Assembly: GCA_001824435.1 (NCBI GenBank)
Contig: MHXH01000018.1
Coordinates: 1,458-65,457, forward strand
DNA length: 64,000 nucleotides
Direction of reading: 5' to 3'
Origin: Parcubacteria group bacterium RIFCSPLOWO2_01_FULL_48_18
GTDB taxonomy: Bacteria; Patescibacteriota; Minisyncoccia; UBA6257; WO2-01-48-18
Shown here: in pieces, positions 46,329-55,441 of the stretch
Position numbering within the stretch: the stretch's first letter is position 1
Layout: each line of letters opens with the position of its first letter
Translations under genes and position numbers: made by a program
Notes under the pieces: model-generated
What the model saw: only the letters and a program-made list of their open reading frames with translations
Told to the model about the DNA's origin: nothing
Databases searched by the model: none

Positions 46329-49300
46329 TTGTCAATGAAAAAATACAATTTTAGAACAATCGAATCGTTCTGGCAGAAAGAATGGCGCACGGAACAAATC
46401 CATGAGCCGAACTTCTCGCGACCGCAAAAACCCTTTCGGCAAGCTCTTCAGCCGCGAGCTCAGGGCCGAGTGGCTCGGGGCAGGCCTTTTTATAATCTCA
46501 TGATGTTCCCGTATCCGTCTGCCGAAGGACTCCATGTCGGCAATATGTACGCATTCACCGGCTCGGACATTTACGGCAGGTTTAAACGCATGCAAGGATA
46601 TGACGTATTCGAACCGATCGGGCTTGACGGCTTTGGCATCCACAGCGAAAACTACGCGCTCAAAACCAACCAGCATCCGATGAAACTTGCGGAAAAATCA
46701 GAGAAGAATTTTTACCGCCAGCTCCGGATGCTCGGAAACAGTTTTGCATGGAACGAAACGCTCGAAACCTACGATCCGGAATATTACAAGTGGACCCAAT
46801 GGATTTTAACGGAAATGTTCAAACGCGGGCTCATGTACCGGAAGAAGGCAGCGGTGAATTGGTGCCCATCGTGCAAAACCGTGCTTGCGGATGAACAAGT
46901 TTTGCAGAAATCTCAAGTCTCAAGTCCCAAATCTCAAAAAAACTCCAAACCCCAAATTCCAAATTCTGAACAAGACAAAGAAAATATTCCATATTCCAAA
47001 TTCCATATTCCAAATTCCAAAGTAGGGGCGTGCGAGAGATGCGAGACGCCGGTCGTGAAAAAAGAACTTGAACAGTGGTTTTTGAAAATTACGGATTATG
47101 CCGAACGGCTCTTGAGCGATCTGGAGAAAATCGATTGGTCTGAAAAAGTAAAAATCGCGCAGAGGAATTGGATCGGAAAATCTGAAGGAGCGGAGATTGA
47201 TTTTGAAATCCGGACGAAAGAAAAACCTAATTTCGTCCTACTTCACGGCTACACCGGGTCGCCAAAGCATAACTTCTTTCCTTGGCTTAAAAAAGAACTG
47301 GAGAAACGGGGATACAAGGTTCAGTCTCCAACCTTGCCGCATAGCGACGCATCCCGCGCAAACGAGAATGACGATATGGATGCGTTTCGGAAACAGGTGG
47401 AGTTAAACAGAAATACCGTACTTCTCGGCCATAGTTTGGGAACAATTGTGGCAATGAAGGCTCTTGAAAAGTTGGATTACCCGATCCGCAAACTTGCACT
47501 CGTTGGCGGATTTCTTGAGCCGCGCTTCCGCGACCACGCCCGATCCTTCACCAAAACGTTCAATTGGCGCTTTAACTTCGAAAAGATTAGGACGAACGCC
47601 GGAAAAATCACGATATTACATGACCCTAACGACCGAGCTATCCCATACGATCAGGGCGTGAAGCTCCACGACGCGCTCGGCGGCGAACTTATCGAGCCAA
47701 TACCGAAAAAATCACACTTCTGCGGAAAGGAAGAACCGGAAATTTTAAAATATGCTCTTGATCGTCTTACCGTCTTCACCACGCGACCGGACACGATTTT
47801 TGGCGCAACCTATATGGTGCTGGCGCCGGAACATCCGCTAGTCAAGAATCTGGAATCTGGAATTTTGAATTTGGAAAGAGTTAAAGATTATATCCGAAAA
47901 ACAAAAAACAAATCAGAGGAAGAACGAATTGCCGATGGGCGCGAAAAGACCGGTGTTGAACTAAAAGGAATAAAAGCAATAAATCCCGCAAACGGCGAAG
48001 AAATTCCGGTGTGGGTCGCGGATTATGTATTGAATTCGGTGGGCACAGGAGCAATCATGGCCGTGCCAGCGCACGATGAGCGAGATTTTGAGTTTGCGAA
48101 GAAATACAAACTGCCCATCATAGAGGTCGTTGAGCCCTTATTTGTAAAAACCGATGACATAGACGGAGTTCGCCCCGGATTGCCTCTTAAGGAGAGAAGC
48201 GCAATCGTTGCGGTTGTGAAGCACTGGTCCGAGGACAAATATCTTTGTCTAAAATGGAAAAAAACGGATTGGCGGGGATTTATTATTGGCGGCATCGAGG
48301 AAGACGAGGATATGGCTGAAGCCGCGGCTCGCGAGATTCGCGAAGAAACCGGTTATGCATCGGCAAGGTTTATCAGGAACTTAGGCGGTATTGTCCACGC
48401 GCGGTTTTATCATGCGGTGAAGAACGAAAATCGATGGGCCCGTTTTCACGGCTTATATTTTGAGTTAGCTGACGGAACAAGAGAGAAAATCTCCGACGAG
48501 GAAAAACAGATTCACGACGTGGTTTGGGTAGACAGAAAAGAAGTTGACCATTTCCTTGATTGGGTTACGGATATGCGTTTGATATGGCATAGGGTCTCAA
48601 GCCCGGACGACTTTCCCGGCCGGAACGACATTCACGAATCAAGCCGGGTAAACAAACAAGGTGTTTTAGCGTGCTCGGGGGAATTTAACGGAATGAACTC
48701 AGGGGAGGCGAAATGGAAGATCACCAATTTTGTAGGCGGCAAGCGGGGGAATCGGTATCGTCTCCGCGACTGGTTAATATCGCGCCAGCGCTACTGGGGG
48801 CCGCCAATACCGCTAATTTTTTGCGAAAACTGTGCAAACAAAATTAAGGAAGCCCCTCGACAAGCTCGGGGCAAATTCACCAAAGGTGAATTTGAAAACC
48901 CCGGATGGATTCCGGTGCCGGAAAAAGACTTACCCGTAAAACTTCCGTATGTAAAAGGTTTTCGACCCAGGGGAAAGGGGCAGTCGCCGCTTGCTTCGGT
49001 AAAATCTTTTTATGAGGTAAACTGCCCACGCTGCGGCAGTAGAGCGCGCGGAGAAACTGATGTTTCTGACACCTTTCTTGATTCTTCTTGGTATTACTTC
49101 GGCTACCTCGCAAAAGAAAATTCTAAATTCGAAATTCTAAATTCCAAATTCCGGGGCCGAGCAAAACAATGGCTGCCGGTTGACATGTATATCGGCGGGG
49201 CAGAGCATTCGGTTTTACATCTCCTTTACACACGTTTTATTACGAAAGTATTCCACGATTGGAAACTCATTAATTTCAACGAACCGTTTAAAAGATTCCG

Positions 49301-50099
49301 CGCTCACGGACTCCTTATAAAAGATGGCGCCAAAATGTCAAAGTCAAAGGGCAATGTCGTGAATCCTGATTTTTATATCAAGGAATTCGGCGCCGATGCG
49401 CTCCGGATGTATCTCATGTTTCTGGGGCCGTTTGAGCAAGGCGGCGATTTTCAGGATCGAGGAATACTGGGGATAACGAGATTTTTAGAAAGAGTGTGGA
49501 ACTTGTGTCAAAAATCCGAAATCCAAAATCCGAAATCCAAAACAAATTCTAATGACAAAAATCAAAATGACAAAAACATTGAAAGGGCCCTACACAAAAC
49601 CGTAAAAAAGGTTACCGAAGATATTGAAAACTTGCATTACAATACTGCAATCAGCGCGCTGATGATTTTGCTCAACGAAATGGAAAAAAACTCTTCTCGC
49701 TTGTCGCTCTTGGCTCTTCGCTCGTTTTTAAAATTGCTTGCTCCGTTTGCGCCGCATATCACCGAAGAATTGTGGTCCCGATTTTTTGATCCCCAAAAAT
49801 TGAAGACCCCCGATTCGCAAAGCGAATCGGGACACAATTCCTCCAAAAAGTATCGATCGGTCCACAAAGAATCGTGGCCCATATACGATCCAGCGTTAAC
49901 CGAGGAAGATACATTCAAGCTGGTCGTACAGGTAAACGGCAGAGTCCGTGATACGATTACCGCGCGAAAGGGAATCTCACAAAAAGAAGCAGAAGCGCTC
50001 GCGCGCACATCAGAGAACGTAATGCGTCACCTCGACAAAAAAGCCGCCAAAAAGATAATCCTTGTTAAGGATCGACTGATCAACTTTGTCCTCCAATAG
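46329..50099 (+). CDS. leuS: Leucyl-tRNA synthetase with inserted alpha/beta-hydrolase and Nudix domains and three low-complexity in-frame inserts (1256 aa)
   Basis: HVGNMY (HIGH variant), KMSKS, editing-domain blocks TTRPDTIFGATYMVLAPEHPL and GTGAIMAVPAHDERDFEFAKKYKLPI, NRYRLRDWLISRQRYWGPPIP. Inserted GHSLG esterase-like domain at about 47215-47770 and a Nudix box GGIEEDEDMAEAAAREIREETG at about 48190-48600. Confidence 0.9.
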   Translation: MSMKKYNFRTIESFWQKEWRTEQIHEPNFSRPQKPFRQALQPRAQGRVARGRPFYNLMMFPYPSAEGLHVGNMYAFTGSDIYGRFKRMQGYDVFEPIGLDGFGIHSENYALKTNQHPMKLAEKSEKNFYRQLRMLGNSFAWNETLETYDPEYYKWTQWILTEMFKRGLMYRKKAAVNWCPSCKTVLADEQVLQKSQVSSPKSQKNSKPQIPNSEQDKENIPYSKFHIPNSKVGACERCETPVVKKELEQWFLKITDYAERLLSDLEKIDWSEKVKIAQRNWIGKSEGAEIDFEIRTKEKPNFVLLHGYTGSPKHNFFPWLKKELEKRGYKVQSPTLPHSDASRANENDDMDAFRKQVELNRNTVLLGHSLGTIVAMKALEKLDYPIRKLALVGGFLEPRFRDHARSFTKTFNWRFNFEKIRTNAGKITILHDPNDRAIPYDQGVKLHDALGGELIEPIPKKSHFCGKEEPEILKYALDRLTVFTTRPDTIFGATYMVLAPEHPLVKNLESGILNLERVKDYIRKTKNKSEEERIADGREKTGVELKGIKAINPANGEEIPVWVADYVLNSVGTGAIMAVPAHDERDFEFAKKYKLPIIEVVEPLFVKTDDIDGVRPGLPLKERSAIVAVVKHWSEDKYLCLKWKKTDWRGFIIGGIEEDEDMAEAAAREIREETGYASARFIRNLGGIVHARFYHAVKNENRWARFHGLYFELADGTREKISDEEKQIHDVVWVDRKEVDHFLDWVTDMRLIWHRVSSPDDFPGRNDIHESSRVNKQGVLACSGEFNGMNSGEAKWKITNFVGGKRGNRYRLRDWLISRQRYWGPPIPLIFCENCANKIKEAPRQARGKFTKGEFENPGWIPVPEKDLPVKLPYVKGFRPRGKGQSPLASVKSFYEVNCPRCGSRARGETDVSDTFLDSSWYYFGYLAKENSKFEILNSKFRGRAKQWLPVDMYIGGAEHSVLHLLYTRFITKVFHDWKLINFNEPFKRFRAHGLLIKDGAKMSKSKGNVVNPDFYIKEFGADALRMYLMFLGPFEQGGDFQDRGILGITRFLERVWNLCQKSEIQNPKSKTNSNDKNQNDKNIERALHKTVKKVTEDIENLHYNTAISALMILLNEMEKNSSRLSLLALRSFLKLLAPFAPHITEELWSRFFDPQKLKTPDSQSESGHNSSKKYRSVHKESWPIYDPALTEEDTFKLVVQVNGRVRDTITARKGISQKEAEALARTSENVMRHLDKKAAKKIILVKDRLINFVLQ
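46909..47022. repeat. Short-unit repeat (TCTCAAGTC / CCAAATTCC / ATATTCCAAATTCC) inside the leuS reading frame
   Basis: Translates in frame as QKSQVSSPKSQKNSKPQIPNSEQDKENIPYSKFHIPNSK between the LeuS zinc-knuckle cysteines. Confidence 0.8.
49127..49153. repeat. AATTCTAAATTCGAAATTCTAAATTCCAAATTCC repeat copy inside leuS
   Basis: Encodes KENSKFEILNSKF. Confidence 0.7.
49511..49577. repeat. AAATCCGAAATCCAAAATCC... repeat copy inside leuS
   Basis: Encodes KSEIQNPKSKTNSNDKNQNDKN. Confidence 0.7.
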
Positions 50100-50200
50100 A
50101 AATCCCGCAGGCAAACTCTATGATGGCCTTAAAAAGATTCCGCCGTGGCGGCGGATGTTCATTTAAAAAGACGCCTGCGCGATGCAGACGAATTTTAAAT

Positions 50201-50635
50201 CTATCCCAACATTCTTTGCCAATAACCGGATACCACTACGTTCATCAGAAGACATAAAAGGATAACTCCGAGCGCCACATACATCGGCCGCTTATCGCCC
50301 GTGACAAGAGTATATCCCTGCGCCAGACTTACGCCGAAAAGAATCGCTGCGCTGACACGAATGTAAAATCCCAGGTAAGGAATCTTTTCATAAAGCGCCA
50401 GCACGGACTTAAGTTCCAAAAAGGCAATTAACTCTTTCGGGAGGCATAAAAACGTAAACGAGGCCGCGGCCAAAAACGCAACCGCCAACAAAAGTAAATC
50501 GTGCAGCAACGCCCCCTGCACAGATTTTACTTCAGCGTATAACTCTTTCCACTGCGGCCACCACTCTTTCAAGCGCTTCATCCGGTTTTGTCTCCTTTCT
50601 GATGAGTGTGACCGGCGGCACCTGTATGTATGCAT
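50201..50635 (-). CDS. Hypothetical three-TM membrane protein, last gene of the MoxR-VWA module; the start is probably ATG at 50584
   Basis: Hydrophobic helices; overlaps the 3' end of the VWA gene. Confidence 0.4.
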   Translation of the reverse strand: MHTYRCRRSHSSERRQNRMKRLKEWWPQWKELYAEVKSVQGALLHDLLLLAVAFLAAASFTFLCLPKELIAFLELKSVLALYEKIPYLGFYIRVSAAILFGVSLAQGYTLVTGDKRPMYVALGVILLCLLMNVVVSGYWQRMLG

Positions 50636-51629
50636 CTGCCACCCCCTTCAAAAACGGCTTCGGGCTGCTTCCGGTAATCACGAAATGAAGCGGAATACCT
50701 CCCAGCGCGATTCGCAGCCCATCCTCGCTAATCGTTTCTTCCAGCTCGCCATCGGTAATTGCAATAATGCCTCTTTCTTCGTCCTTGGATTCGCGCAGGT
50801 CTTTCACGGCTGCCGCGACTGCCGGAAGAAATCGCGTTCCCGTATCCCACTTTGCGGGTATATTCCATTGAAAAACTCGCATTGCAGATTCAAGCGCCTC
50901 TTTTTCGTTACGCGCTACAAAAGGAACAGATGGGACGCCTGCCCAAAATCGCACATAAAACGGGTATTGCCGCTTTTCTATCCATTTCCTGATAATTTGA
51001 AGAGCGATCGCCTTTGCATGAATCTTGTTCACTTCCAGAAAAAGCTGATCCATGGAACCGGAGCCGTCTATAATCAGATACTTGCCCGGAATAATGCCGG
51101 AGGATTCATAGTAGTAAGACGCGGCGGTCTCGTTGCGCGCAAGGCGCTCCCAGAAAACATTTTCCTCGAAAAGGTGTTCGCGCCGAACGAGATGTCGCAG
51201 CTGAGCCGGATTTTCAATTGGCGCAACGATAAACTCTTCGGCCTTGTGCGGAACCCGTTCTTTCCGCGGACTCTCAAAACTATCTAAATCCAGATGATAA
51301 AAACTATACAACAGTTCCAAGTCAGATAAGGTCAGGTACGGACTCAACTGCGCAGCGTTATTCAAATATTGAGTTATCGTTCCTTCCACCATAAGCCCGA
51401 CCTTCCAGCGGCTCAGCTCTTCCGGGCGCAACAAAAAAGTCTTGAACGCGATCGGCGCATCTACGTCTTCCCGCGAACGATTGTTTCGTTCCGAAGGCAT
51501 CGTGGCCGCGACCCTTGCATACAAGGAGGGTGTCCCCGGTCGCGCCGCAATCAAAAGAATCACAAGCAGGATTTCAATTTTCATCCAGAGCTGTACCGTC
51601 GATGCGAAGAGCAATAGCTCTTTTTCCAT
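50532..51629 (-). CDS. von Willebrand factor type A (VWA) domain protein
   Basis: MIDAS motif IIDGSGSMDQ; shares its start/stop junction with the MoxR-like gene at 51629. Confidence 0.7.
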   Translation of the reverse strand: MEKELLLFASTVQLWMKIEILLVILLIAARPGTPSLYARVAATMPSERNNRSREDVDAPIAFKTFLLRPEELSRWKVGLMVEGTITQYLNNAAQLSPYLTLSDLELLYSFYHLDLDSFESPRKERVPHKAEEFIVAPIENPAQLRHLVRREHLFEENVFWERLARNETAASYYYESSGIIPGKYLIIDGSGSMDQLFLEVNKIHAKAIALQIIRKWIEKRQYPFYVRFWAGVPSVPFVARNEKEALESAMRVFQWNIPAKWDTGTRFLPAVAAAVKDLRESKDEERGIIAITDGELEETISEDGLRIALGGIPLHFVITGSSPKPFLKGVADAYIQVPPVTLIRKETKPDEALERVVAAVERVIR

Positions 51630-53200
51630 CAGCTTTTCCTGACTTTCTCAAGCGCGGATTGAAACGCCTTCTCTTCCTCTTCCTGTCCCACCACAATCAA
51701 CCCGTATCGGGTTACGGCCAAGTCTTCTGCGGCTACTCGATTACTTTTGCGTAGAAGCGCTTCCGCTTCCAAAAGCCGGCGGCAAACAGCTTCACGCCTA
51801 TCGCTAATGTCAATGCGGCCTTTCCGAAGCGCATCGCACAATGCATGATACTGGTCCAGTATCTCGGGCGGCACCACAATAAAGTCCGGCTTCTCCAAAA
51901 ATCTATTTAACAGCTGCACGTCCTTAAACGATATTTTGTGGGGCGGATTTTGCGTCAGTTGATCGTATGCGCGAGTCTTGTCATGTCGATCAACAATGCG
52001 CTTGCTTTCCGCGGACTGGAGCCGACGAGCACATGAACGCAGCAGGAATCGATCAATCGTCGCATCCAACCGTTTTTCGTGGCGCGAAACTACATAACGC
52101 AAATCTTGATTTGTGGTCGCAATAACACTGTGGAGCGGTAGTCGCTCGAGGTTCTGATTCCCGCGCTGGAAACGCCTAAGAAAAAGAACGCTGTGAAGCT
52201 CTCTCAATAACCGTTCGTCCGCATCCAAAAACTCATCAATACACGCAATGTCCGCGGTTAAGATTGAATTATCGGTCTTCCGGATAAACTCGCCCTCTTC
52301 GCGAAGCCGTTTCACGTCAAAAGGCCCAAACAATTCTTCATCCGAGTACGAACGGCCTATCTGCTGAAACCACAACCGTGCTCCCTCAACCGCTTTCACC
52401 AAAGTAAGCGCCAACGTAGTTTTCACAGTACCCTTCTCGCCGCTGATAAGCGCGTGTTCCTTGAGTAGAAGGCTATAAAGAATTTGCCGCAACAGATCTT
52501 CTCTTTCAGGAAAGTACTCCCGGTATCCCATTACCGATTGCTGAAGCGCCACGACAGCTTTTACAACTCCTGCATTTTCCATTAAAGCAAAATCGCTCTT
52601 CGCGTCATCCGGAACTTCCAGCGAATCCTCTCTAGTTCTTCTCACCTTAACGACCTCCTTCATCTTCGGAACGTGGTTGTTGTTCTGGAGCGAGAGACTC
52701 AAGGCGTTCTGATCAATCGACGCCCTTCTTCTCAAAAACGATACGGCCTGTTGGCGTACTCGTGCATTACGCATCAGGACAAGAAAGACGGCGATGGCCG
52801 CTCCAATAATAACGATGGTAGCTGCCATTCTTAGCGGACCTTGAGGCAGGTTCTGCGACGCAACGTGCAGCCGTCCGATTATGAAATATATCATCCATGC
52901 CGTCCCTGCAAGCAACGCAACTCTCAACACGAAAAACAAAGAAAACAAGGGCGGATTGCGAACTTGCTTCAAAAGAGAAAGGGACGCTAAAATGCCGAGC
53001 CTAGATAAAAACAGCATGGCTCCGAAAGCGGCGGTGGCCCACGATAAAATAAAAAGCCCTCTCGAGTCCACAAGCAACGCAGAGCACCAGGAAAACACGG
53101 AAAATCCTCCAAAACATCCTACCAGCACTATAAATTCCCGGGGTAACGTACGGTAAAAAAGCGCCAGTTCCGTAAACAGCTTTCTCATATCACGCTCCAT
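51629..53200 (-). CDS. Membrane-anchored MoxR-like AAA ATPase
   Basis: N-terminal roughly 150 aa with four hydrophobic helices; MoxR-type P-loop GEKGTVKTT (GxPGxAKT pattern); Walker B ACIDEFLDADE. Confidence 0.6.
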   Translation of the reverse strand: MERDMRKLFTELALFYRTLPREFIVLVGCFGGFSVFSWCSALLVDSRGLFILSWATAAFGAMLFLSRLGILASLSLLKQVRNPPLFSLFFVLRVALLAGTAWMIYFIIGRLHVASQNLPQGPLRMAATIVIIGAAIAVFLVLMRNARVRQQAVSFLRRRASIDQNALSLSLQNNNHVPKMKEVVKVRRTREDSLEVPDDAKSDFALMENAGVVKAVVALQQSVMGYREYFPEREDLLRQILYSLLLKEHALISGEKGTVKTTLALTLVKAVEGARLWFQQIGRSYSDEELFGPFDVKRLREEGEFIRKTDNSILTADIACIDEFLDADERLLRELHSVLFLRRFQRGNQNLERLPLHSVIATTNQDLRYVVSRHEKRLDATIDRFLLRSCARRLQSAESKRIVDRHDKTRAYDQLTQNPPHKISFKDVQLLNRFLEKPDFIVVPPEILDQYHALCDALRKGRIDISDRREAVCRRLLEAEALLRKSNRVAAEDLAVTRYGLIVVGQEEEEKAFQSALEKVRKS

Positions 53201-53351
53201 GAGTAAGATATCAAACAGCTACTCTACATGGTACGGGGAAAGAAAATGACAGTCAAACAACCGCACAGGGAGTTGTGTACAACATATGAACATCCATTTG
53301 ACAGACTATGCGACGGCTGGTATCTTGGGAAAGGATCGTTGAGAATGCTCA

Positions 53352-54581
53352 TTGTTCCCGGGGCCCACAATGGCAGACGCCGAAAAGGATCAGCCGAAAT
53401 ACCAGCTTGATTTGCCGCAAGAATTCTTTGACAAGGGCTATGCGTTAATGGGGGAATTCGGCGAGGCGCTCAAAGAGCTGCGCAAATTTCTCAAAACAGG
53501 CCGCCGCGGAGTATGGGCAGGGATGTTCAACTGGATCATCGGACTTACCATTAGCGGCCTCATGCTTCTTTTTTATTTCTCGATCTTTCGCGGAAATGCG
53601 TCCCAATCCCCATACTCAAACTATGCTATGGCACCCGTACAGCTTCATGCGGTTAGCGTACCGGGGGATTCGCTCGGTGCCGCAGGGCTGCTACCCTCGC
53701 CTACCACAGACACAGAAAAAACAGGAACATTCGTATTCATAGACCTGCATGGTGTCATCTCGGATGAACCGCAACAAAACGGACTATTTAGTCAACCGGG
53801 GCTTTCGTTTCTGGATAACGTCCTAGGCCAACTCGGCGCAGCTTCACGCTTACCAGACATTCGCGCAGTCATTCTGCTTATCAACAGTCCCGGCGGCACC
53901 GTATCCGGGTCAGAAAAACTACGCAATGAAATTCTGCGCCTCAAGAAAGCCGGTATTACGGTTATCGCCGCCTATGAAGACCTTGCCGCGTCCGGCGCAA
54001 TATATGCCAGCGTTGACGCCGACTATATTATCGCATCCCGCTCTTCGCTCGTCGGTTCAATCGGAGTTATTTTTTCCTATTTCAATATCAGCGGCTTCAT
54101 GGGCCGCCACGGTCTGAAACTGGAAGTTTTCAAATCAGGCTCCATGAAAGACATGGGTTCGTTTGCCAGGGATCCTACGCAGGAAGAAAGAGCCAGGCTC
54201 GAACAGATCATCAAGGAAGATTTTGACCGCTTCGTGTCTATCGTCATGGAAGGAAGAAATTTGGCCCGGAGCAAGGTGCTCGCGTTTGCCGACGGATCGA
54301 TATTCTCTCCTGCTCAAGCCGTAAACTTTAACCTGATTGACCAAGTAAGTGACGACCCAAGATACGACGCAGCGCTAAAGGCTATGGAACTTACAGGGGT
54401 TAAATATCCGTCGCTGGTCAAACCGCTCCGTAAACTGCCGGGGGTTATCGGCGCGTTTGCTTCAATCATGCGCCCGCCTCGGCAAAAAACCGTTCAAGAA
54501 GAAATCGGAGATATGATTGCTACTGTTCCGACGCTTCGCTACGAGTGGAAGCCGTTCGGCTCCTTCGTAGTAAGTCAATAA
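53352..54581 (+). CDS. sppA: Signal peptide peptidase SppA (S49 family, 36K type)
   Basis: N-terminal TM; ClpP/crotonase fold; LINSPGGTVSGSE...GSIGVIF with Ser-Lys dyad context. Confidence 0.8.
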   Translation: MFPGPTMADAEKDQPKYQLDLPQEFFDKGYALMGEFGEALKELRKFLKTGRRGVWAGMFNWIIGLTISGLMLLFYFSIFRGNASQSPYSNYAMAPVQLHAVSVPGDSLGAAGLLPSPTTDTEKTGTFVFIDLHGVISDEPQQNGLFSQPGLSFLDNVLGQLGAASRLPDIRAVILLINSPGGTVSGSEKLRNEILRLKKAGITVIAAYEDLAASGAIYASVDADYIIASRSSLVGSIGVIFSYFNISGFMGRHGLKLEVFKSGSMKDMGSFARDPTQEERARLEQIIKEDFDRFVSIVMEGRNLARSKVLAFADGSIFSPAQAVNFNLIDQVSDDPRYDAALKAMELTGVKYPSLVKPLRKLPGVIGAFASIMRPPRQKTVQEEIGDMIATVPTLRYEWKPFGSFVVSQ

Positions 54582-54685
54582 CTTCAAAACGCCTACCGTG
54601 AATCGGTGGGCTGTTTTTTACAAAATCAAAAAAGAGCTCTACGCGAGAGCTCTATTTTCATATTACATAATTTTTAATGCGCTGG

Positions 54686-55387
54686 TTACTTTTTATTCTG
54701 ATCTTTCGGCACCTGGAGGGGTTCCATGGTGCCGCTTTCATACGCTTCGCGCGCCGCAGATGTAAGAACGATCTGATACATCTTCTTCCGCGCAGCTTCC
54801 CCGGTAATCTCGTTCGTCCCGATACGCGCCACGAGGTTATCGCTCGGCAAAAAATTCCGAAGAACAAGATTCCGAATGATGCCTTGCTTGCGCCAGGTAT
54901 CGTATGAACGGAGCTGGTCGAGGAGCTTGTCCTGCATATCTCGGTATCCGGCGCGGCCCGCAATGATGTAATCTTGCAGTTTTCCGAAGTTCGCCATAAG
55001 CTCTTTCACGCCTGCTTCCGGGTACGCTTCGGCAACCGACTTAAACGCCAGCATGAGCGGCGTATTCACGTTCGTGCCGCCACCTACCTGGCTGGGTTCA
55101 TCGTACCGGCCACTCACGGCGTCCTCCAGGACCTGGGAGAGCGCATCGCGAGCCTCCTGCGCAACGCTCGCCTGTTCAAAGAAACCGCTCACATATGCGC
55201 TCAAATAATTCTGGTTGGAAGGATATTGAGCGCTGAGTTGTATTTCCCGGCTGATTCCTTCGTTGCGCGTCGCATTTGCAATGCCGTAAAGCCAGAGGCC
55301 GCCCACGACGAGCGTGCCGAGAACACCGAGAAGTACCGCAAGCCCGACGCCTACTTTTCCGCTGCGGTTACCGCCGATCTGCTTCAT
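54686..55387 (-). CDS. lemA: LemA-family protein
   Basis: N-terminal TM plus the conserved LemA C-terminal block AEAYPEAGVKELMANFGKLQDYIIAGRAGYRDMQDKLLDQLRSYDTWRKQ..RNFLPSDNLVA. Confidence 0.75.
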   Translation of the reverse strand: MKQIGGNRSGKVGVGLAVLLGVLGTLVVGGLWLYGIANATRNEGISREIQLSAQYPSNQNYLSAYVSGFFEQASVAQEARDALSQVLEDAVSGRYDEPSQVGGGTNVNTPLMLAFKSVAEAYPEAGVKELMANFGKLQDYIIAGRAGYRDMQDKLLDQLRSYDTWRKQGIIRNLVLRNFLPSDNLVARIGTNEITGEAARKKMYQIVLTSAAREAYESGTMEPLQVPKDQNKK

Positions 55388-55441
55388 ACACCCTCCTTTT
55401 TGGGGGGGTTGGGGGTTAATTGGAGAGTTGCTGGATTATCG

